Source of the DNA: Macrostomum lignano
Lineage: Eukaryota
Length of the DNA: 64,000 nt
Reading direction: 5' to 3'
Assembly (NCBI GenBank): GCA_002269645.1
Contig: NIVC01000741.1
Span: forward strand, 310,001 to 374,000
Positions within the stretch are counted from its first letter, which is position 1. Each line of letters starts with the position of its first letter. Below are positions 16,876-33,169 of the stretch, one piece after another. The position numbers were made by a program, and so were the translations under genes. The notes under the pieces are model-generated. The model saw only the letters and a program-made list of their open reading frames with translations, ran no database searches and had not been told where the DNA came from.

Positions 16876-19800
16876 TGTTGTATATTAACAGAGAAGACAC
16901 AGAGTATGCCCCCAAGCCCAATGTTTTGTTGTCTAAGGCACAACCTATTATTTTATAATAAAGTACGAGCTAGTTACAACATGAATCCCAAGAGGAGTTC
17001 GTAACTACCGGAGCAATACGATAGCTCGAACCCCTAAGCGAACCGTTGTCTTCTTACTTAAATGTAGCAGCTCCACGTCGGAGCAGAAGACATAACAATG
17101 GCGACGAGTACAAAAATCGGCGAGTTTGACGTGGCTAAACCGGATAAATGGGAAGCCTACGAAGAGCGGCTAGAACAATTTCTCGTCGTGAATAAAGTGA
17201 CCGAGGAGGCACAAAAGCGAGCGAGCTTGATCACAGTGATAGGCAATGACTGTTATCAATTGCTACGCAACCTGCTATCGCCTAAGAAGCCAAAGGATGT
17301 GGCGTACGACGAACAAGTGAAGACGCTGAGGGAACACTTCAACCCAAAGCCAAAGATTGTCGTCGAGCGGTACAACTTCCACAGCAGAGTCCAACACGAA
17401 GGAGAAACAGTGAGTGACTTTGTTGCAAGTCTGCGGAGGTTGGCAGCCACGTGTGGTTTTGACAAGTTCCTGGAGGAGGCACTGAGAGACAGGTTCGTCG
17501 TTGGCCTCAGGAACAGGCTCATCCAGCAGCGATTGCTACAAGAAGAGACACTGACCCTGTCGGGTGCATTAACGCTAGCGACTGCGATAGAAGCAGCAGA
17601 GCGAGGAGTCGTGACTATCACCTCCGCCACAGGAGTCGGTCATAGTGTCAATTTCTCGAAGGAAACTAACAAGCAATCAACTGCAGCGCAACATGGGAAA
17701 AGGAGCCGCGCCCAAGATGGATGTTTCCGCTGTAACGCGAAGGATCATTGGGCAAGGAGCTGTCCATATAGGAATAAAACGTGCAGCAAATGCGGCCGAG
17801 TAGGACATCTTAGAGATGCATGCCGTACAAAGGACAAGGCAAAAGAGTCTGGAAGTGGCAGGTCGAAGAGATTCAACTCTTCAAAACGTGGGAAGTCCGG
17901 TAAGGTGCATTACGCGCGGAATTTCGACAGTGAGTCAGAAAGTGAGGGTTCGGACTGCAGTGGTCGAGACAAGCATTCCGAGATCAGGACTGTGTTTGCT
18001 ACAGGAATGGCTGGCTTTAGTGGATCAGCACCGTATATGTGCGAGTTAAATATAAATGGGCATTTTGTAAATTTCCAACTGGATACTGGCGCAGACAAGA
18101 CCCTTATTAACGAAAATACTGGCAAGAAAATTGGCTTAAGGTGGTCTAAATCTAATGTTAGACTGTCAAGTTACACAGATCATCTCATACCAGTTCTGGG
18201 CGAAGCTACTGTTATCGTAACTAACTATCAGGAAAGACAGTATCAACTAACTGCGCTTGTTGTGAAGGGAGACAGAGTGAATCTTCTAGGTCGGGACTGG
18301 CTCTCTTCGTTGAAAATTGACTGGAGCAAATTTGCCCATGTGAAAACAACAACGTTGGTTCCACCTATCGAGCGGTTAATGAAGAAGTATGATCAAGTGT
18401 TTGCTGAAAGCCTTGGCACTATCAAAGGGTTAAAGGCCAGAATACTGTTGAAAGAAAACTTCATTCCAAAGTTTTGTAAGAGTCGACCGGTGCCATTTGC
18501 GATCAAAAGCCTCATTGAAGAGGAGCTGGCGAATTTGCAAGCTCAAGGCATAATAAAAAAAGTGAGCGCATCAGACTTTGCATCTCCGATTGTCCCAGTT
18601 TTGAAGCGCGATGGAAAATCCGTAAGGATTTGCGCTGATTTTAAGAGAACCGTTAATCCCCAATTGGAAGTTGACAAGTACCCTCTGCCGAAACCGGAAG
18701 AAATTTTCGCAACTCTTAATGGTGGAAGAGTCTTCTCGAAATTGGATATTTCGCAAGCGTTTTTACAACTGGAACTGGAGGATTCGTGCAAAAAGTTTGC
18801 TACAATTAACACACATCTGGGTTTGTTCCAACACGAGCGACTAACAAGGGGTCTGGCATCAGCCCCTGCACAATTTCAAGAAGCGATGGAGAAAATTTTA
18901 CAAGGCTTGGAAGTGGTTGTCTATATAGACGACATTCTTGTATCCGGCAGTTGTTTGGAAGACCACGACTAAAGACTGGAAGCTGTATTAGAACGTCTTT
19001 TAGCTCACGGTGTGCATTTGAATCGGAAAAAGTGTGAATTCCGCCTAAATAGAATTGAATTCTTGGGCTACGTTATCGATGAATCGGGAATCCATCCCTC
19101 GAAAGAGAAAGTTCAGGCAATTCATGAAGCTCCAACACCAACTAACGTGTCAGAGGTTCGTTCCTTGATAGGAATGATCAGCTATTATGGAAAGTTTATT
19201 CCAAACCTATCATCAATACTGGTACCTCTCAACAGACTATTGCACAAAGACGCAGAGTTTCATTGGAGTGAGGCGTGTTCGGCAGCATTCGAGAAAGTGA
19301 AGGCAACTCTAACTTCTGAGCGTGTTCTGGCTCATTTTGATTCTAAGAAGCAGCTTGTATTGCAAACGGACGCCTCCAAATATGGAATCGGGTGTGTCAT
19401 CTCACATTTGATGCCCAATGGCGAGGAAAGGCCTGTAGCATTTGCTTCGAGAACTCTAACAAAACCTGAGATCAACTACTCTCAACTAGAGAAAGAAGCG
19501 CTGGCCATCGTATTCGGAGTTAAAAGATTTCACCAATATCTTTTTGGACATCATTTTATACTAGTGACTGACCATAAACCCCTACTGACCATTTTTGGAG
19601 ATAAGAAGGACATTCCTAGCATAGCAGCAAGCAGACTTCAGCGCTGGGCCGTGTTGCTTTCTGCCCATCAGTATACCATCAAATTCAGAAGAACAGAGGA
19701 TCATTCTAATGCTGACGCACTTTCACGTCTCCCAGTGCCTGGTAATATCAGCAAGGTTGATCGTGTCTTGGAGGTCAGGCTAGAAATGCTACCAGTCAAC

Positions 19801-21435
19801 GCAGAAACAATACGAACCGAGACACAGAAAGATTCACAGCTTCAGAGAGTTGTTCGATACTGTCAAAATGGTTGGCCAGACACCTGTGAGCAAGAGCTGG
19901 AACAGTACTTCAGGAAGCGGAACGAGTTTTGCATTGAGCAAGGTGTGCTATTTTGGGGAGTAAGAGTAATTATTCCAAGAAGCTTACAACAGGTTGTGTT
20001 AGAACTGCTTCATGATGGACATCCAGGAATTGTTGCAATGAAATCCATAGCTAGACTGCATGTATGGTTCCCAGGAATCGACAAGGCTATAGAAGCCCTA
20101 GTCCATAGTTGTGAAGGCTGTCAGCTGCAAAGGAATTTGCCTGCACAAGCACCAGTTCAGCCTCTTGTCTGGCCGGAAAGGCCTTGGACTCGAATTCAAC
20201 TGGACTACATGGGACCATTCCATGGATACTACTGGCTTGTTATAGTCGATGCAACAAGTAAATGGGTTGAGATCTTTCCCATGAAGCACGCAACTACCAA
20301 CAGGACGATAGAATGTCTACGAGAAACTTTCGCACGATTTGGCATCCCACAGCAAGTGTTGAGTGACAATGGAAGCCAGTTCTGCTCAGCTGAGTTCCGT
20401 ACTTTCCTAGAGCGGAATAACATCCGACAGATTTTGACAGCTGTTGGACATCCGCGTACCAACGGACTTAGTGAAAGAATGGTGCAAACAGCAAAGTCTG
20501 CTATCAAAGCAGGAATTAAGACTCACGGTGATCCAATCTTGAGCATGCAGAACTTTCTGTTTCGCTATCGCAGTACACCTCATTCAACAACCGGTAGAAC
20601 ACCAGCAGAGATGATGTTATGCTACAGTCGCAGGACACGGTTGGATTTTCTTAAGCCGGATGCTTACTCAAGAGTGTTAAACAAGCAGACGGATGTCACT
20701 GAACGACAAATAGAGAGAGGATCAACTATTCGAGAATTTCAAGAAGGAGACTCAGTTCTGACGTTGGACTTCAGAAGGGAGCGAGAAAACAGGTGGATTT
20801 CTGCCAAGGTGATCGCCCGCACAGGACCGCTGTCCTATAGACTGTTGGTCAACGGACAAGTCTGGAAGCGACACGTCGACCAAATTGTCAGTGCAGAATT
20901 ACCTGGACAGAACAAGCCGGAGGCTCATCACCTACCGCCTATTCTGAAGGATCCTAGGAGAGTTCAGAGCGACAAAACTACCACCGAGAAAGAGCGGCGA
21001 GAGAGTGAATCAACTCAACCGGTCCAAGACGTGCCAAGCCGAGGAGAATCTCAGACAGCGGACACATACCAGGATGACGCTGACCCTGGAGCAGAAGGCG
21101 TGGGCACAAGGATACTGAGGGATCGAAGCAAATTGAGAAAACCGGATCGGTTGCATTACAGTGAATAATTCCGGATAACTGACAATGCAACTTTTTATTG
21201 ACAAAAGGGGGAATGTTGTATATTAACAGAGAAGACACAGAGTATGCCCCCAAGCCCAATGTTTTGTTGTCTAAGGCACAACCTATTATTTTATAATAAA
21301 GTACGAGCTAGTTACAACATGAATCCCAAGAGGAGTTCGTAACTACCGGAGCAATACGATAGCTCGAACCCCTAAGCGAACCGTTGTCTTCTTACTTAAA
21401 TGTAGCAGCTCCACGTCGGAGCAGAAGACATAACA
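16876..21435 (+). mobile_element. Ty3/Gypsy LTR retrotransposon B (inner) inserted in the 5' LTR of A; 222-bp LTRs; TSD GAGCT
   Basis: LTRs 16876-17097 and 21214-21435, identical by eye. PBS TGGCGACGAG at 17099; PPT aaaagggggaa at 21203-21213; GAGCT at 16871-75 and 21436-40. Confidence 0.97.
17098..21168 (+). pseudogene. Element B gag-pol polyprotein (Gag-2xCCHC-PR-RT-RNaseH-IN) with an in-frame TAA at 18970-18972
   Basis: CFRCNAKDHWARSC and CSKCGRVGHLRDAC knuckles; LDTGA protease; YIDD RT; TDASKYG/TDHKPL RNase H; HDGH..CEGC and SDNG..NGLSER integrase. The two ORF-track segments are in the same frame across the stop. Confidence 0.92.
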
Positions 21436-21595
21436 GAGCTTGTTTAGTAAGCCTAGCTAGCAGTACGTACGGTAATGTACATGCGCGGGCCACCGTGCCC
21501 CTTGGCCTATAAAATATACAGAGCGTGGAGGGTTTTGCCTCAACTGAGTTTACTCCAGAATAAGCGAATTGACTTCATTACAATTGGCGACGAGA

Positions 21596-24500
21596 ATGGC
21601 TTCAGTTGGACAACTAGAGCCTTACGAGGAAGGCAAAGATTGGGACGCCTATCAAGAGCGAATGGACTCTTACATGCTTGCAAACGGCATAGAAGGCGAC
21701 GACAAGAAGAAGGCAGTGTTTCTGACATTGATTGGCGAACGATGCTACGCAGTCCTGCGGGATCTCTGCAGTCCGACCAAGCCAACAGATCTGCAATACA
21801 GCGCCCTCACCGAGCACCTTCAAAAGTACTTCAAACCGAAGAAGCCAGTAATCGCTGAACGGTTCAAGTTCTACAAGCGAGCACAAAAGGACGGAGAGAC
21901 GGCTGCTCAATTTCTGGCTGCGCTGCGGAATCTGGCCGATTCGTGCGAGTTCGGCGGGTTTCGAGAAGAAGCTCTCCGAGACTGTTTCGTTTGTGGTCTT
22001 CGGGACCAGCGGACCCAGCAGCGACTCCTGATGGAGGAGAAGCTCACGCTGGATGCGGCCAAGAAAATTGCCCTCGCGGCGGAGATTGCTAAGTCGGAAA
22101 CTGAGCAGTGGAAATCGAGCTCAGAGGTCAGCTCAGTCCAGCAGGTAGCGCCAGACTCGAAGGCGTGCTACAGGTGCGGATTGAAAGGCCACCTGTCGGC
22201 AGCCTGCCACTTCAGGACCGCAAAGTGCCACAACTGCGGGAAAGTTGGACACCTGCAGAAAGTTTGCCGCTCAGCCAAGAAAGCCTCCAGCACAACGAAA
22301 GCCGGACGGCCAGAGAACGGACCAGCGCACGCAATGCAAACGGAAGAGGAGGAGGAAGCAGCAACTGGCTGGATTTCGCAAGTCACTGCATCGGCCAAGA
22401 AGATCAGCGTAAGCCTGCTGGTGAATGACTAGCCCCTCACCATGCAGCTGGACACCGGTGCCTGCGTCAGCCTCGTACCGGAGTCGGTGTGGAAGCAGCT
22501 CGGACGACCTCCACTGACACCAACACGCCTGCGACTCCGGACCTGGACGGGCGAGCCAATACAAGTCAAGGGAACAGCCGAGGTCAGGGTCAACTACGAC
22601 GGAAGACAGCATGATAAGCTGCCGCTGGTGGTCACCAGTCAGACCGGAGCCTGCCCATTGCTAGGACGCAATTGGCTGGAAAAGGTGCGACTCAACTGGA
22701 CTCAGTTGTTTGCCAACCAGATCAGCCAGGCGCCGGCGCAGAACAGCGGGCCTCTCGACCAGATGCTGGAGGAGTTCGCTGATGTTTTCGACGAGAGCCT
22801 GGGGCAGTTGAAGGATCAGACAGTCGCACTGAGACTTAAAAGTGACGCACAGCCTCGATTCTGCAAGGCCAGACCCGTGCCATTCGCAGTGCGGGACAAG
22901 CTTGAGCTCGAGCTCCAGGACATGCTCAACAAAGGCATCATCCGCCCGGTGACCTACAGCGAGTGGGCTACGCCAGTGGTTCCGGTACTCAAGGCGGACG
23001 GCTCAGTCCGACTGTGCGGCGACTATAAACTGACGTTGAACCCTCAGCTTCACATCGACCAGTACCCGCTGCCTACGCCTGAAGAGCTTTACGAGCAGAT
23101 GGGACGGGGTCAGCTGTTCTCAAAACTCGATCTGTCACAATGTTATCTTCAGTTTCCACTCGACGAAGAGAGCTGCAAGCTGACGACCATCAACACGCAT
23201 AAAGGGCTTTTCGAGTACCTCCGGTTGCCATTTGGCGTCAGTTCGGCTCCTGCGATTTGCCAGAGGCTGATGGAAACACTTTTGAAGGGCGTGCCGGGAG
23301 TCTGTTGCCGCATTGATGACATCCTGGTGTCCGGTCCGTCAATGAGTGAGCACCTAGCAGCGCTTCGCGAGGTACTGACCAGGCTGAGAGCGGCGGGCCT
23401 GCGGCTGAAACGAATCAAGTGCAAATTTCTGCAAGAAGAAGTCAAATACCTGGGCTCGTTGCTGAGCAAGGACGGAGTCAAGAAGCTGCCTCAGAAGGTG
23501 GAAGCAATAGTCAACAGCCCGAGGCCAGCGACAGTATCAGAGCTGCGATCATTCTTGGGCCTCGCAAACTACTATGCTCGACATGTCAAGGACTTCTCCA
23601 CGATCGCTGCTCCTCTGTATAAACTTTTGAGGAAGAGAGACGGACTGGCGGTGGGCTGAGACGGAGGACCGAGCCTGGGACCATCTTAAGCAAGAACTGA
23701 GTTCGGACAGCGTGCTGACGCATTTCAACGAGCAGCTTCCAGTGGTGGTGGCCGCGGATGCTTCATCGGTCGGCATCGGCGCGGTGCTGTCCCACACGAT
23801 GGAGGACGGCTCGGAACGGCCGGTGACTTTTGCTTCAAGGACGCTGTCAGCAGCGGAGCGAAATTACTCGCAAATTGAGAAAGAAGCCCTCGCCATCGTG
23901 TTCGCCATCAAGCGGTTCCACCAGTACCTGTTCGGCCGGAGCTTCACGATAATTACGGATCATCAGCCGTTGACGACGATTTTCGGACCGAAGGTTGGCA
24001 TCTCGCCGACTGCAGCAGGGCGACTTCAGAGATGGGCACTGCTGCTGTCAGGGTACAGCTACAGCATCCGGTTCCGCAAGACTGCTCAGCACAGCAACGC
24101 AGACGGCCTGTCTCGCTTGCCCCTGCAGATGAAGGACGACAGCCCAGACGACGACGATCGGGTCTGTCAGCTGACGGGCGAGTTTCCATTGACGGCGGCG
24201 GATGTAGCGGCAGCAACGAAGCGAGATGACGAGCTCCGAGATGTTCTCCGGATGATAATGACTGGCTGGCCAGAGTCGGTTCCCCCGGGGCTCGAGCCCT
24301 ACTTTCGTCGTCGACTAGAACTAAGCGTGGAAGACGGCTGCGTGATCTGGGAAACTCGCGTGCTGGTTCCGGAAGCGTTGCGACCTGGAGTTCTGCGCGA
24401 GTTACACGTGGAACATTTCGGCATGGCCCGGATGAAAAGTGTCGCCAGAACCTTCGTCTGGTGGCCAGGAATGGATGCTGACATCGAGTCGGTTGCCAGC

Positions 24501-25475
24501 AGCTGCCAAGCCTGCCAATCCGTTAAGCTGCATCCGGTGCTGGCTCCAATGCACCCCTGGGTGTGGCCAGACCAGCCCTGGGACCGCATCCACGTTGACT
24601 TTGCCGGGCCGGTTCGAGGCCGCCAGTTTCTCCTCGTAGTCGACTCGCACTCAAAGTGGCCGCATGTGGAGGCCGTGTCAACACTCGAATCGGCCGAGCT
24701 GGTTCGCAAGCTGCGAGTGTTGTTTGCACAATGGGGCCTGCCGAGAGAACTGGTATCGGACAACGGTCCAGCATTCATCAGTCAAGGATTTAGCGATTTC
24801 TGCAAAGCAAATGGAATTCGCCACACAAGAAGCAGTCCATATCACGCCAAGACCAACGGACTGGTGGAACGGCTGGTGAAGTCGTTCAAGATGGCCATGG
24901 AGGCGTCACGGAGCAGTCAGCCGGACCTCGACATCCGCCTGTGCAACTGGCTGCTGGGCTACCGAGCTAGCCCGCACCCAACGACCGGTCGGACACCAGC
25001 GGAGCTCTTCCTGAAGCGGCAGCTCCGGACTCGAATGGACCTGCTGCGGCCGTCAGCCCGGGATCGAGTACTGCGGGAGCAATCTGCCCAGAAACGACAG
25101 CACGACCGGCGGTCGCGGGAGCTGCCGGAGGAGCCGTGGTCGGAGGCCTGGGCCAGGGACTACCGGCCTAATGCGGCGGCCTGGCAACCAGCAAAAGTTC
25201 TCGAGCAGACTGGGCCGCTGAGCTTCCGAGTCGAAACGAGCGACGGCCTGACCTGGCGCCGTCATGCCGACCAACTGCGGGGCCGGCGAGTCGAGAGCGA
25301 CCAACCTGACGGTCCGGCAGCCGGGACCGAGCCAGCTGAAGCTGCGGACTCGACCGGGACCGGCGCGGAGCACCCGGAGCCGGAGCCGCCAGACGCGCCC
25401 TGCGGACTGCAGCCTGCACGCCGGCGACGGCCACCTGAGAAGCTGACCTACTCAAAACTCGGGAGCTGTGATTGA
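21596..25475 (+). pseudogene. Element A gag-pol polyprotein with an in-frame TAG at 22430-22432 and a +1 frameshift near 23635
   Basis: MASVGQLEPYEEGKDW.. Gag with two CCHC knuckles; VND*PLTMQLDTGA protease; RIDD RT; ADASSVG RNase H; HVEH..CQAC, SDNG integrase. The frame moves at aagagagacggac. Confidence 0.92.
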
Positions 25476-27132
25476 TAGGAAGCGGACTTCTTCTGAGAGG
25501 GGAAAAGTGTCATGACTTATGGGGTGGGGCCGCGTGGTAGGGGTGGAGCTTGTTTAGTAAGCCTAGCTAGCAGTACGTACGGTAATGTACATGCGCGGGC
25601 CACCGTGCCCCTTGGCCTATAAAATATACAGAGCGTGGAGGGTTTTGCCTCAACTGAGTTTACTCCAGAATAAGCGAATTGACTTCATTACACCGGTGTG
25701 AGGTGTCAGGAGTGCCAATGTGAGGTGTCAGGAGTGCCGGTGTGAGGTGTCAGGAGTGCCGATGTGAGGTGTCAGGAGTGCCGGTGTGAGGTGTCAGGAG
25801 TGCCGGTGTGAGGTGTCAGGAGCGCCGAGTTGAGGTGTCAGGAGTGCCGGTGTGAGGTGTCAGGAGTGCCAATGTGAGGTGTCAGGAGTGCCGGTGTGAG
25901 GTGTCAGGAGTGCCGATGTGAGGTGTCAGGAGTGCCGGTGTGAGGTGTCAGGAGTGCCGGTGTGAGGTGTCAGGAGTGCCAATGTGAGGTGTCAGGAGTG
26001 CCGGTGTGAGGTGTCAGGAGTGCCAATGTGAGGTGTCAGGAGTGCCGGTGTGAGGTGTCAGGAGTGCCGGTGTGAGGTGTCAGGAGTGCCGGTGTGAGGT
26101 GTCAGGAGTGCCGGTGTGAGGTGTCAGGAGCGCCGAGGTGAGGTGTCAGGAGTGCCGGTGTGAGGTGTCAGGAGTGCCAATGTGAGGTGTCAGGAGTGCC
26201 GGTGTGAGGTGTCAGGAGTGCCAATGTGAGGTGTCAGGAGTGCCGGTGTGAGGTGTCAGGAGTGCCAATGTGAGGTGTCAGGAGTGCCGGTGTGAGGTGT
26301 CAGGAGTGCCGGTGTGAGGTGTCAGGAGTGCCGGTGTGAGGTGTCAGGAGTGCCGGTGTGAGGTGTCAGGAGCGCCGAGGTGAGGTGTCAGGAGTGCCGG
26401 TGTGAGGTGTCAGGAGTGCCAATGTGAGGTGTCAGGAGTGCCGGTGTGAGGTGTCAGGAGTGCCAATGTGAGGTGTCAGGAGTGCCGGTGTGAGGTGTCA
26501 GGAGTGCCGGTGTGAGGTGTCAGGAGTGCCGGTGTGAGGTGTCAGGAGTGCCGGTGTGAGCGGCATGGATATATAGAATTATCGCTGGTCAGAGCTAGGT
26601 GCCACAGCAATCACTGCACCAACGCCCTACAATCCCAAATGCGCCAGGTGTACACCAGAAGAAAGCGCTGAGCAGTTTATTTACATTTTCGCTCTGATAC
26701 CGGAGTGCCTGCTCTGCTCAGAGAAGGCAGCTCAGGTCGAGCACATAATAAGCGCGCACTTGCCGGGCCAGAAACTCCAGACGCAATTGTGGCCCGGTCA
26801 GCTGAGCAAGTCAGGGGCAGAGAGAAGGCGGCCCAGGTGCAGGCGGAGCGGCGCAGCATTCTAACGCTAGAAAACCTTAAGCCACCTCGTCTCCACCCGC
26901 TTGAAGTGCTCAAGAAACTCAAACTTGGCCTAGCTATCTAACCTCTGTCTGCCCGTCTCCACCCGCCCCAGCCCTGCAGTTTGGCATCTGACTGCCCAAT
27001 GCGTGCCTCTCATGTCTTTGACTGTCGCGAGCTGGCGGCTATTCATTGAGCCTGTCTCATTCAAGCCTGAACCGCAGACCCATGCAGATCAAAGCTTGAG
27101 CATTTTTGATTTCCCTTGGCAGGCCGGTCACG

Positions 27133-30981
<3,849 letters not shown>

Positions 30982-31544
30982 CAACCAATATGCTAGTATT
31001 TACACCATATGCATGTACGCAGCCGATAAAGTAGTCTTTACTGCATCTCTGATCAGCTTATTTAACAATGAATTTGACTCCATAAAAGGCAGATTCTCTT
31101 GAACTAGTTGCATACTACTTATCAAACAATGACGTCATAAGTAGCGTAATGCGTACATGTAAATCAGAAAGTTGAAGATATTTTATTAATTAACAAAATG
31201 TTAAAATTAAACAATCAAAGAAACTTGATGCCTGAAGGCAGAAGCAATCGGCATGGATAGCAATCAATGAAATGATGGCAATAGAATCTGCGAGCGAAAT
31301 CAATCAACAAGCAGAATAAACTACAGATGCCAAGGATAATTCAGAATAAGTATTGAAACCAAGTCGATCTCCAGCTAGGAGCTGGGTTTTCAGTCTCCTC
31401 AAATGCACCGAAGCAATGTTATCAAAGTGCGCCAACTGCAAGTGCTGTGGGTTCCAAAGCCTAAACTACGAGTTTAAATTAGCTCAGCTGTGCGGCTGCG
31501 TTACAAAAAACAGATCTCACTGATGGGCAACCATTGGTGTGAAT

Positions 31545-31725
31545 GAGGATCTGGGAGGTTAGAGCCTAGCAACTGAAGATCTGGGAGGTTAGAGCCCAGA
31601 AACTGAGGATCTGGGAGGCTGGCCCAGCAACTGAGGATTTGGGAGGCTGGCCCAGCAACTGAGGATTTGGGAGGCTGGCCTAGCAAAAGGATCTGGGAGG
31701 CTGGTCCAGACATACTGAAGATCTG
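31545..31725. repeat. ~28-bp repeat (aactgaggatctgggaggctggcccagc) in the NUBP2 3' region
   Basis: About 6 degenerate copies. Confidence 0.8.
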
Positions 31726-31791
31726 TGGTTCAGAATCTGGGTTGCCCAGCACTTGAGGATCTGTCTACAGTCGCACAGAGTCGCAGATTAG

Positions 31792-33113
31792 CTAGGCCTG
31801 GTCCCCACCAGCAGCCGCCTCCCTATCCAGCTGCTCCCTCAGTCTGGTTGCCACCTCCTGCGCCAGTAGCTGAGCTGGCGACGACAGCGCCTTGGCGCCG
31901 GCCGCCTGGCCTTCGTCCAGACAGGCCGCCAGGCTGGGGTCGATCGGCAGGCAGCCGAGGAAGGGCAGCGCCTTGGCCCTGGCGAGCTCGCGGCCGCCGC
32001 CGCTGGAGAACGGGTTGCTGCAGCCGGCGCAGTGCGGGCAGGCGAAGCCGCTCATGTTCTCCACGATGCCCAGCACGGCGAGGCCCGTCTTGGCGCAGAA
32101 GTCCAGCTCGCGGCGGACGTCGCCGACGGCCACGATTTGCGGCGTCGTGACGGCCACCGCGCCGCGCCTGCGGCAGGCCGAGCCGACTGGTAGCGCCTCC
32201 AGCACTGCCAGGTGCTCGTCCGTGGTTCCCGGAGGTGTGTCCACCTGGGATAAACCGGGGAAAGGGTGGAGGCTGACACTGCCGACTGCTCGATCTGACA
32301 CTGCTGACTGCTCAATCTGACACTGCTGACTGCTCAATCTGACACTGTTGACTGCTTAATCTGACACTGCTGACTGCTCAATCTGACACTGCTGACTGCT
32401 CAATCTGACACTGCTGACTGCTTAATCTGACACTGCTGACTGCTTAATCTGACACTGCTGACTGCTCAATCTGACACTGCTGACTGCTCGATCTGACACT
32501 GCTGACTGCTCAATCTGACACTGCTGACTGCTCGATCTGACACTGCTGACTGCTCAATCTGACACTGCTGACTGCTCGATCTGACACTGCTGACTGCTCA
32601 ATCTGACACTGCCGACTGCTCAATCTGACACTGCCGACTGCTCGATCTGACACTGCTGACTGCTCAATCTGACACTGCTGAACCCCACACTACTGCAGTG
32701 CTGCTACTTACCACCAGGTAGTCCAGCCGCTGCCAGTGCACATCCCGCACAAACTGGCCCACCATGCTGGTCTTCTTCGGGCCCCGCCAAATCACTGGAT
32801 CGTCTCGACCTTCCAACAGGAAGCCGATCGACATGACTAGGAGTTCGGCGCCGTCTGAGGCAGCTCCGGGCAGCCTCAGGTGCACCGGCACCCAGCCCTC
32901 CGGGCACTGGTGAACCCGCTGGCCCTCCAGACCCAGCATTCTTGGCACACTGGGCCCGCACAGGTCGATGTCCAGCAGGCCGACCCTGTGGCCCGCCTGT
33001 GCCAGGGCCAGCGCCAGCTGCACGCTGACTGTCGACTTTCCGACGCCGCCTTTGCCGGACAGGACCAGCAGAGCCGTGTCGATCCGGGGACCGCCGCTGC
33101 CTTCGGACATCAT
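31792..33113 (-). CDS. NUBP2: Cytosolic Fe-S cluster assembly factor NUBP2/Cfd1; exons 33113-32712 and 32244-31792, ~284 aa
   Basis: [13 protein letters not shown] deviant Walker A; [12 protein letters not shown]; VIWRGPKK; DYLV|[12 protein letters not shown]; [11 protein letters not shown]. No N-terminal 4-Cys motif, so Cfd1 rather than Nbp35. Confidence 0.93.
32273..32680 (-). repeat. 22-bp minisatellite in the NUBP2 intron
   Basis: gactgctcaatctgacactgct on the + strand, about 18 copies. Confidence 0.95.
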
Positions 33114-33169
33114 GCATTGCAGCGAGGTTGGCTGTCTGTCTTGCAAAAATATGAGGCACTTACCTAGCC

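Larger units (their letters stand above)
16833..25692 (+). mobile_element. Ty3/Gypsy LTR retrotransposon A (outer, Mag/K02A2.6-like); 185-bp LTRs; TSD CCGGT
   Basis: 5' LTR split as 16833-16875 plus 21441-21582; 3' LTR 25508-25692; TG..CA ends and identical by eye. PBS TGGCGACGAG at 21585; PPT gagaggggaaaag at 25495-25507; CCGGT at 16828-32 and 25693-97. Confidence 0.97.
16765..26560 (+). repeat. 22-bp minisatellite (gtgaggtgtcaggagtgccggt)n, interrupted by the nested LTR elements (array parts 16765-16832 and 25693-26560)
   Basis: The same unit lies on both sides of the retrotransposon insertion. Confidence 0.93.

Noticed and set aside
22108-25455. Numerous antisense and alternate-frame ORFs in element A and in the GC-rich genes
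   Set aside because: Expected shadow ORFs of GC-rich coding sequence.
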